Virus record (IMG/VR): IMGVR_UViG_3300011008_000043
Span: 9,257-73,256 of that record
Reading direction: 5' to 3' (one strand)
From: a virus
Lineage: Duplodnaviria > Caudoviricetes
Length of the DNA stretch: 64,000 bases
Program-made: the position numbers and the translations under genes
The notes under the pieces: generated by a model
What the model was told of the DNA's origin: nothing
Database searches by the model: none
What the model saw: only the letters and a program-made list of their open reading frames with translations
Shown: piece by piece, positions 56,766 through 64,000 of the stretch
Position numbering within the stretch: the first letter of the stretch is position 1
Layout of the letters: every line of letters starts with the position of its first letter

Positions 56766-58187
56766 ATGGCTGATCGTTTCACGGTGGGCGAAACCAAGGT
56801 TCGCCCCGGCGTACACTTCCGGCAGGAAAGCGCGGATAGCTTTTCCCTGACCGGGTATGAGAGCGGAATCGTCGCGGTTGCCTTCAAGGCCAACTGGGGG
56901 CCTCTTGGCGAAGTCGTGACCATCAACAATCCGTCCGAGATCGAGACGGTCTTCGGCGATGATTCGCAGTCCGACAGCAACGTTTCCATCCTGCGGAAAA
57001 TCTTTCAGGGCGGCGCTGCCTCCATCAAGGCTGTGCGCGTAGGCAGCGGCGGTACGAAAGCAGCAATCACGCTGAAGGACAATGCCGGAACCCCTGCGGA
57101 CGTTGTGACCCTGACGGCGAAGTACGCCGGAACCCGGCCCCTGTCCGTGACCATCAAGGACAACCTGTCCGTATCCACGGAACGGCTGTGCATCATCTAC
57201 AGCGGAACCACGGAGCTGTTTACCGTCGCGTTCGCGAAGGGAACCGCTGAGGTTGACGCGATTGTCGCGGCGATCAACGGCGCGGATGAAGCCCCGGTGA
57301 CGGCGGCGAAGGTTGCTGCCGGAAGCGGAACGCTGGCGGCCGTGGCTCAGGCGACCTTCACCACGGCGGGCGTGTCCCCCACGATCACCAGCTCCAGTTA
57401 CGACTCCGCGTTCGAGCTGCTGGAAGCGACGAACTGGAACACGATCTGCGTGGACAGCGAAGACACCGCTGTACATGCGCTGGTCAAGGCGTTTATCGAC
57501 CGGGCCAACGATCAGGGCCTGATGGCGATTGCCGTCATCGGAGAACCCAAATCCGTGAGCTACGACACCCGCGTTGCGCGGGCTGCGAGCTACAACAGCG
57601 AGAACATTGTGTATGTTCTGAACGGCTTCAAGGTGGGCGACACCACGTTTGAAGGCTTCGAAGCGGCGGCGGTCGTGGCGGCTCTGGTCGCATACACCCC
57701 CTCCAACGAATCCCTGACCCATACGGTCATTGCGGGCGCGACGGAGGTTGTTGACCCGCTGACCAACGCGAAAATCATCGAGTGCCTCCAGAACGGTTGC
57801 CTGATCTTCACCGAAAGCAGTTCCGGCTCCATCTGGATTGAGCAGGGAATCAACACTCTGGTCACTCTGGGAAACAAAGATGCGGGCTGGAAGAAGATTC
57901 GCCGGACAAAGACCCGGTATGAGCTGATCACCCGCATCAACCAGAACTGCGAGCCGATCATTGGAGCCGTGAACAACGATTCCAACGGACGGCAGACGGT
58001 CATCGCCATTGCCAATGGCGTTATCGCGCAGATGGTTTCCGAGGGCAAACTCAGCAGCGGTAACTGCGTCGAAGACCCGAACTACCCCGCGAGCGGAGAC
58101 AGCGCATGGTTCGCGGTAAGTGTGTACGATCTGGACAGCATCGAGCATATCTACCTGACCTACCGTTTCCACTTCGCGGAAGACTAA
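56766..58187 (+). CDS. Tail sheath protein (contractile tail)
   Basis: GETKVRPGV, WGPL, SLT..., I.QGINTL, W.KIRR motifs (XkdK-like). Confidence 0.92.
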   Translation: MADRFTVGETKVRPGVHFRQESADSFSLTGYESGIVAVAFKANWGPLGEVVTINNPSEIETVFGDDSQSDSNVSILRKIFQGGAASIKAVRVGSGGTKAAITLKDNAGTPADVVTLTAKYAGTRPLSVTIKDNLSVSTERLCIIYSGTTELFTVAFAKGTAEVDAIVAAINGADEAPVTAAKVAAGSGTLAAVAQATFTTAGVSPTITSSSYDSAFELLEATNWNTICVDSEDTAVHALVKAFIDRANDQGLMAIAVIGEPKSVSYDTRVARAASYNSENIVYVLNGFKVGDTTFEGFEAAAVVAALVAYTPSNESLTHTVIAGATEVVDPLTNAKIIECLQNGCLIFTESSSGSIWIEQGINTLVTLGNKDAGWKKIRRTKTRYELITRINQNCEPIIGAVNNDSNGRQTVIAIANGVIAQMVSEGKLSSGNCVEDPNYPASGDSAWFAVSVYDLDSIEHIYLTYRFHFAED

Positions 58188-58212
58188 TAAGACAGGAAGG
58201 AGATAAAAGACA

Positions 58213-58680
58213 ATGGCTGTACTGAACACCTCCCCGGTCGCTGATGTCCGCAAGGTCATGAGCGGCAAAGATGGCGCACTGTACGATGAAGACGGCGTGA
58301 TGCTCGTGTCCACCGAGAATTTCCAGTCTCAGGTGACCATCAACAATGGAACCTACCAGCCGCTGGGCGATGCGCAGGAACACGGCGCGATGACCAGCTA
58401 CCGCGTGACGCTGACATTCAGCGAGATCATCGTGGAAGACAGCCGGTTCTTCCAGCAGCTCATGAACGGGATGGCGCAGCACGCGATGCCGTGCTGGACG
58501 TTCCGCGGCATGATGCGCTCCCCGTACAACGCCTCGGAAGAGCAGGTCGTGTACCGCGACTGTGTGCCGGATGGAAACATCGACATTCAGAATATGCAGG
58601 TGGGCGAGCTGTACAAGAGGCCGTGGAGCTTCATCGTCAACAAGCCCCCGGAACTGCAGAGCCTCCTGAGATACGCTTAA
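58213..58680 (+). CDS. Tail tube protein (XkdM-like)
   Basis: SGKDG.L, follows sheath. Confidence 0.85.
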   Translation: MAVLNTSPVADVRKVMSGKDGALYDEDGVMLVSTENFQSQVTINNGTYQPLGDAQEHGAMTSYRVTLTFSEIIVEDSRFFQQLMNGMAQHAMPCWTFRGMMRSPYNASEEQVVYRDCVPDGNIDIQNMQVGELYKRPWSFIVNKPPELQSLLRYA

Positions 58681-58722
58681 TTTGCGTTCTGAGGGCGGTC
58701 TGCTTTATGGTAGGCAAAGAAT

Positions 58723-58760
58723 ACGGGGACAGCGGTCAAACGGGCTGCTGTCCCCGTTTA
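58723..58760 (+). terminator. Terminator-like hairpin after tail tube
   Basis: ACGGGGACAGCGG...CTGCTGTCCCCGTTT. Confidence 0.7.
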
Positions 58761-58799
58761 AATTCGTTAAACTAATAAATTAAACGGAGGGAAAGAGAA

Positions 58800-59339
58800 A
58801 TGAGCATGAATTTTGAGGAAAAGAGCCTGTACGAAGAGGATGTCGTCGGATACGATGAGCCGATGACGCAGGAAGACATTCAGAATGTGGTGGCATTTAA
58901 CGAGAACGATCTGCTCAAGGCCCTGAAGGGAGAAGGCGACCATCAGGACGAAACCCGGATGGTCACGGTCAAATTCCGCAATGCGCAGTTCAGTTTCCGC
59001 ATCCGCGCACTGACTGAGCGGGAATACGACAAGTGCCGCGAGCAGAGCACCAAGTATGTGAAAAATCGCCGGATGGGCGGCATGAAGCTGCCGGACAAGA
59101 CGGACACCGTTGCCTACCATACCCGGCTTATCTACACCGCGACGGTTGACGAAGACAAGGCGAAGCTCTGGAACAACAAAAACTTGTGGGCCGCTGTTAA
59201 CGCCGTCACCGGAACGGATATGGTGGATGCGCTGATTCCCCTCGCCGGAAAGAAGCAGCAGATCGTAGAGCTGATTGAGCAGCTTTCCGGATTCGATGAG
59301 GACAGCGAAACCATTTATGAGGAAGCTGTAAAAAACTGA
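58800..59339 (+). CDS. Tail assembly chaperone (XkdN-like, G form)
   Basis: F.IR.LT..EY, LIY.ATV motifs; between tube and tape measure. Confidence 0.8.
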   Translation: MSMNFEEKSLYEEDVVGYDEPMTQEDIQNVVAFNENDLLKALKGEGDHQDETRMVTVKFRNAQFSFRIRALTEREYDKCREQSTKYVKNRRMGGMKLPDKTDTVAYHTRLIYTATVDEDKAKLWNNKNLWAAVNAVTGTDMVDALIPLAGKKQQIVELIEQLSGFDEDSETIYEEAVKN

Positions 59340-59542
59340 TAATTGCTGGCGGTAAATCGAGGCTGCTGCATTGCATATTCCAGAGGACAGGGATTCCCCC
59401 GGATGAAGTGATGAGTAAGCCTCGGTTTACCCGCATTTTCATGCTGAAATCTATGGAGATACAGCTTGAAGCAGACGCGGAGCAGGCCGCAAGAGAAGCG
59501 GCAGAGAGACAACGCCAGCAGGCAAATAGAAGCAGGAGGTAA
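59330..59542 (+). other. -1 programmed frameshift (A AAA AAC) and GT extension of the chaperone
   Basis: Slippery heptamer 59330-59336 just before TGA; -1 frame open to TAA 59542 (KLIIAGGKSRLLHCIFQRTGIPPDEV...). Confidence 0.8.
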
Positions 59543-59547
59543 AACCG

Positions 59548-62020
59548 ATGGCAGACTCGCTGAGAATTGAAATCCCGGTTGAGGTGGTCAACAAAACGGA
59601 CGCGGGCGCACTCAATAAGCTCGAAAGCGAATTGAATAAGATGTATAGTGCGCCCAGCAATAGGGCAGCGCAGCTAGCTGGTGGAAACCCAGCCCGGTAA
59701 GGCAATAGCCAAGCCACCGGCATCGACCTTGTGTTGGCAGGGGTAACCCTGAGGGCAAAGCGTAGGAAGAGAGGCAGTAGGGATAGTATTGAGCATCGAA
59801 ACTTATTTACCATACTCAGAGGTCTACATGTTTATACACATGGAAGACAACATGGAAGCAAACGCAAAAGGCGAGTTTGCCGAAGCTCTGGCGGTGTCTG
59901 AGACCTATTCATGCTGTACAATGCTGCGGTGTCAACTGGGGAGAGCCTACAACGTCCGCGGAAGCGTGTGAACCGCGGTATGTGGACGCAACGAAAGGAG
60001 GGAAGCAAAAGCGTTGTAGGCAGTCGGATGGCCCCATAGTACCGATGAAAGTGTGAAGTTCCTGTAAAACGGATATAAGCACCGGAGGGAAGGGGAGAAG
60101 GAATTGTACCTTTACGGTTCCCGCCATGCAAAGCCATATCAGCCAAGGAAACATAGACCATACTCAGGGATGGAGGAACCTATGGAAACGAAACTGGCGA
60201 GAATATCACAGATGTCTCGCGAAAACCCAACGATGATTTTCACATCAATCAGTCATTTGATCAACAAAGAGATGCTGAGATCATGCCACGAAGCCATGGA
60301 TGGAACCAAAGCCAAAGGGATTGATGGCGTGAGCAAGGCAGACTACGAAGAACACCTTGACGAGAATCTTGACAGGCTGGTAGACAGGCTGAAAAGAAAA
60401 GCCTATCATCCCCAACCGGCAAGACGGGTGGAGATTCCGAAAGATAATGGGAAAACGAGACCTCTGAGCATATATTGCTACGAGGATAAGCTGGTACAGG
60501 AAGCACTGAAGCGCATCCTCGAAGCGGTATTCGAACCCATGTTCTATGATGAAATGATGGGATTCAGGCCCAACAGGAATTGCCATATGGCTCTGCGGAA
60601 ACTTAACCGGATGTTGGAATGGGAGTATACCAACTACGTGCTGGATGCTGACATCAAAGGATTCTTCGATCATCTTGACCACGAGTGGATCATCCGATTT
60701 GTAGAATCGAGAATCAAAGACCCGAACATCATCAGACTGATAAGGGTCATGCTAAAGGCAGGTATCATGAAGGATTACGTCTTCGAAGAAACCGAAGAGG
60801 GGTCTGGGCAGGGCTCAGTATGCAGCCCAATCCTTGCAAACATCTACATGCATTATGTGTTGATATGGTGGTTCAAGGAGAGGATACAGCCGAAGGCGCG
60901 TGGATTTTGCGGATTGGTAGTATATGCAGATGACTTTGTCGTATGCTTCCAATACAAAGATGAAGCTCAAGCATTCTATAAGATGTTGGATGATAGGATG
61001 GAACGCTTTGGACTAACCCTGGAAAAGGAAAAGAGTCGGCTGATCGAATTCGGACGCTTTGCAGAAAGCAATAGAGAGCGTCGGAAGGAAGGGAAGCCGG
61101 AGACTTTCACCTTTCTTGGATTCACACACTACTGTTCCCATAGCCGGTACGGTAAGTTCAGGGTGAAAAGGAAAACCAGCAAGAAGAAATTTAACAAGAA
61201 AGTCAAAGGAATGGACAGAGAGATCAAGGAAAGACTATTAATCCTTGGGATCAAAGTTCCAGAACTGATTAAATGGCTGAACCAAGTTCTTGTGGGTTAC
61301 TTCCATTACTACGGTATTACTGACAACTGCAAGAGCCTTGTGCGCTTTGTCGACCGCATCAAGAAGAGTCTCTTCAAGTGGCTCAATAGAAGGAGTCAAA
61401 GACGAAGCTTCAACTGGGATAACTTCAAAGACTTGATGAAGGACTTCCCGCTGGCAAGGCCCAAGATTTATGTCAGTATATACGGAGGCTGAAGTGATGT
61501 ATCAACTTTGCAAAGAGCCGGATGCGAGAAAGCCGCAAGTCCGGATCCGTGGGGGGCAGGTCTCGCAAGGGGCCTGTCTACCCGACCGTCCGTACAGAGG
61601 ATTGCCTCAGCGGCGCAGTCTGCCTTTGGAACCCTCAGTTCTACAGCAGCTCAGGCAGGCTCTGCAATGGGGCAGGTCGGACAGAATGCACAGCAGGCGG
61701 CTACCGGGATGGAACAGCTCGGAGGCGCAGCCCAGACCGCAGGAAGCGAAGCAGAAGGTGCAGCCGATGAAGCGGCAGATGCGACGGAGAAGATTGGAGA
61801 CTCCGCAGAAAAAGCCGCTGATTCTTTTGAACAGATCGGCAGCGCGGCAGAAGAAGCGGGAGGTCAGGCTGCGGGTGCATTCAACGAGGCCGGAAGCGGA
61901 GTTGACCAATTCACTCAGAGGGTTGAGAAAAGTCAGCAGAGCATCCGCAAGGCATTCGCGGAAAAGATCAGGCTGACGCTGGAACTGATGGACAAGGTTT
62001 CTCCCATCATAAAGAACATT
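59548..62020 (+). CDS. Tape measure protein, 5' part: exon 1 59548-59647, exon 2 61587-62020, then interrupted by an IS
   Basis: GGAGG RBS; intron removal gives in-frame ...NKMYT|SVQRIASAAQ...; Ala/Gln/Glu-rich helical sequence. Confidence 0.85.
59648..61586 (+). mobile_element. Group II intron
   Basis: Starts GTGCG; domain V GAGCCGGATGCGAGAAAGCCGCAAGTCCGGATC; domain VI ends CTACCCGAC; encodes an RT. Confidence 0.93.
60182..61492 (+). CDS. ltrA: Group II intron RT/maturase (no endonuclease domain)
   Basis: GIDG, RRVEIPK, RPL.I, DADIKGFFD, QG...SPILANIY, YADD, FTFLGF; domain X. Confidence 0.95.
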   Translation: METKLARISQMSRENPTMIFTSISHLINKEMLRSCHEAMDGTKAKGIDGVSKADYEEHLDENLDRLVDRLKRKAYHPQPARRVEIPKDNGKTRPLSIYCYEDKLVQEALKRILEAVFEPMFYDEMMGFRPNRNCHMALRKLNRMLEWEYTNYVLDADIKGFFDHLDHEWIIRFVESRIKDPNIIRLIRVMLKAGIMKDYVFEETEEGSGQGSVCSPILANIYMHYVLIWWFKERIQPKARGFCGLVVYADDFVVCFQYKDEAQAFYKMLDDRMERFGLTLEKEKSRLIEFGRFAESNRERRKEGKPETFTFLGFTHYCSHSRYGKFRVKRKTSKKKFNKKVKGMDREIKERLLILGIKVPELIKWLNQVLVGYFHYYGITDNCKSLVRFVDRIKKSLFKWLNRRSQRRSFNWDNFKDLMKDFPLARPKIYVSIYGG

Positions 62021-64000
62021 AGGATTCGTGCAAAAATAAATGTTACAACTGCAGAAATAAATTTGGTACACAAATAGTTCTAAATAAGTTCCAAATTCGG
62101 TTGTAAAAACCTCTGGTATTACGGTATACGAACAAGAAGACGGGAAGGGTTACGATATATGAGAGTACGTCATGCTACGATCCTGTAAAGAAGACCTCTC
62201 GTCCGAAGAGAAAGTACATAGGATACGAAGATCCTATCACCAAAGAATTTATACCAAGTTCAGGGAAACCTGGTAGGAAAAAGAGACCCGAAAATGAAAC
62301 GCACGGAACAGGCGGTGCCTATCAAGAGCAGTACAAACGAGCACTGGCTGAACTGCAAAAGCAGCGGGAAGAGAATCAGAAATTGACAGATCAGGTACGA
62401 ACCTTGACAAATCAAAACAAGGCATTACAAAAGGCAGCGGATCGGTTTTCAAAAACCGTGAATGAAATTATTCATGACGGTAAAATGTGAATTCAATTCA
62501 TGCAAGTAGCAGCTGGTGCCACCAGAATCTGCGATTGTGTGGTATGTGATATGAGCATTATTCTTGCGGAAGATTTTGCAGCTGAAATTCTGTGCAACCT
62601 TAAGGGGATGACAGAGAGGGCGCGAAGACTCCATCTCGGACGTATTTCCCTTGAACTTGGATATGGTGGACAGACAGCATTGGCGAAGCTTACAGGTTGC
62701 AGCAGAGCGATGATTATCAGAGGGGAAGTTGAGGTAAAAGCTGGTGAGATTTACTGCTGTGGAGATCGTAACCGAAGGAAAGGCGGCGGTAGGCCAACGA
62801 TCGAAGTGACACATCGCAGAGAAATGGAGAAGCTTGGTCTGGTTGGAGCTGAACTTGATGAAGCTATAGACATATGCTCCGTAGTAAGAGTGATAGTAGA
62901 AAAGGTCGCATATGGGGATCCAATGACCAATAATCAGTGGATCAATACGACTACCAAAGCTATAGGTGAAGAAGTCTTCAAGAAAACCAGCCGGAGATAC
63001 AGCCATAACAGCATAAAGAAAATTGTACGAAAAATCGGTTTTTCTCTGCAGAAGAATCAAAAATACAATCAAGTTGGGAAACAACATCCGAAGAGAAATG
63101 ATCAGTTTGAACACATTGAGGGAAGGAAGAATGACTATCTCAGAAGCGGCGATCCTATTATTTCCATTGATACCAAGGCAAAGGAAAAACTGGGGGATTT
63201 TATCAGGCCGGGCCGGGAATGCAGGATGAAGGGATGTCCCAGAAGAGTGCTCGATCACGACTTCGCCCTGAGGTTTGACGAGATTTATCCTAATGGGAGT
63301 GAGCTTGTTCCTGCTGAACTGCTCAAACGAAAGGCAATCGTAATACCGAATGGCGTATATTGCTTCAACAACAATACAGCACATGTGAGTGTTGGCATCA
63401 GTCATGATACATCGGAATTCGCAGCAGACTCTATTCGCAACTGGTGGCAGGAAAGAGGGAAACATCAGTTCCCACATGCGAAACGTCTTCTGATTCTGGC
63501 TGACGGTGGTGGGAGTAATCGAGTGAAAGGCTGGCTATGGAAAATAGCGTGTCAGCAGCTTTCGGATGATTTGGAACTCGAAATTGAAATGTGCCATTAT
63601 CCACCTGGATGTAGCAAGTACGATCCTATCGAGCGACGACTGTGGTCTCAGGTAACACATGCATGGGCAGCCAAACCGCTGAAGAATCTGGAAATCATTT
63701 GCGGATATATCAGTCACACAAATACTGAGACGGGCTTATCGGTGACTTGCGAAATATGCTCCAAGGTGTATATGACAGAGGAGCAGAAAAAGGATGCGCT
63801 AAATCTGGGAATCCCCGTAATCGGAATTACAGACAGCAAGCTGTTGAGCAGGCATCTGATAATTGAATTCATAGGAGAAGATGATGATTTGAAAAATTGG
63901 AATTATCGATTGTACCCACATCCAGAAGATTGTCGATGGCACGATTACAAGATGCTCAAAGAAGCATTGTAGTTGTAACATTTATTTTTGCGGGAATCCT
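62021..64000 (+). mobile_element. Insertion sequence, ISAzo13 family
   Basis: TIRs AGGATTCGTGCAAAAATAAATGTTACAACT (62021) and AGGATTCCCGCAAAAATAAATGTTACAACT (reverse complement at window end). Confidence 0.88.
62500..63972 (+). CDS. ISAzo13-family DDE transposase
   Basis: HP.RN.QF..I, ISIDTK.KE.LG, DT.EFA...I..WW, ADGGGSN, HYPPG.SKY.PIE.RL.S. Confidence 0.9.
   Translation: MQVAAGATRICDCVVCDMSIILAEDFAAEILCNLKGMTERARRLHLGRISLELGYGGQTALAKLTGCSRAMIIRGEVEVKAGEIYCCGDRNRRKGGGRPTIEVTHRREMEKLGLVGAELDEAIDICSVVRVIVEKVAYGDPMTNNQWINTTTKAIGEEVFKKTSRRYSHNSIKKIVRKIGFSLQKNQKYNQVGKQHPKRNDQFEHIEGRKNDYLRSGDPIISIDTKAKEKLGDFIRPGRECRMKGCPRRVLDHDFALRFDEIYPNGSELVPAELLKRKAIVIPNGVYCFNNNTAHVSVGISHDTSEFAADSIRNWWQERGKHQFPHAKRLLILADGGGSNRVKGWLWKIACQQLSDDLELEIEMCHYPPGCSKYDPIERRLWSQVTHAWAAKPLKNLEIICGYISHTNTETGLSVTCEICSKVYMTEEQKKDALNLGIPVIGITDSKLLSRHLIIEFIGEDDDLKNWNYRLYPHPEDCRWHDYKMLKEAL

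Noticed and set aside
56733-58313. 526-aa minus-strand ORF (similar shadows at 46041-47186, 51142-52404, 52653-53738)
   Set aside because: Antisense to well-supported structural genes
1-64000. Second DGR variable region elsewhere in the window
   Set aside because: No other match to the TR ends (CGGGGCTTC...GGGTTCCGCTCCGCTTT) was seen by eye; a computational scan would be needed to exclude it

Overview
This window looks like most of a temperate contractile-tailed (myovirus-like) phage of a Firmicutes/Clostridia-like host, circularly permuted with the window opening inside the tail module. Gene order: distal tail genes; a diversity-generating retroelement (target, avd, TR, RT); lysis; about 8 kb of small early/accessory genes behind two identical strong promoters; an apparently intact attP (3' half of tRNA-Pro CGG); integrase; repressor/cro switch; recombination and replication; a putative DNA-modification cluster; terminase, portal and a MuF-toxin fusion; capsid; sheath and tube; tape measure. 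Mobile insertions are an IS1634-like element in a radical-SAM gene, and a group II intron plus an ISAzo13-like element in the tape measure gene. The standout observation is that the DGR template region is split by a 199-nt ORF-less group I intron (3351-3549). Removing it at the canonical U|...G| sites gives a 121-nt TR colinear with the VR, with 16 mismatches, all at TR adenines and spread over both exons. All protein family calls are from motif recognition by eye, not database searches.
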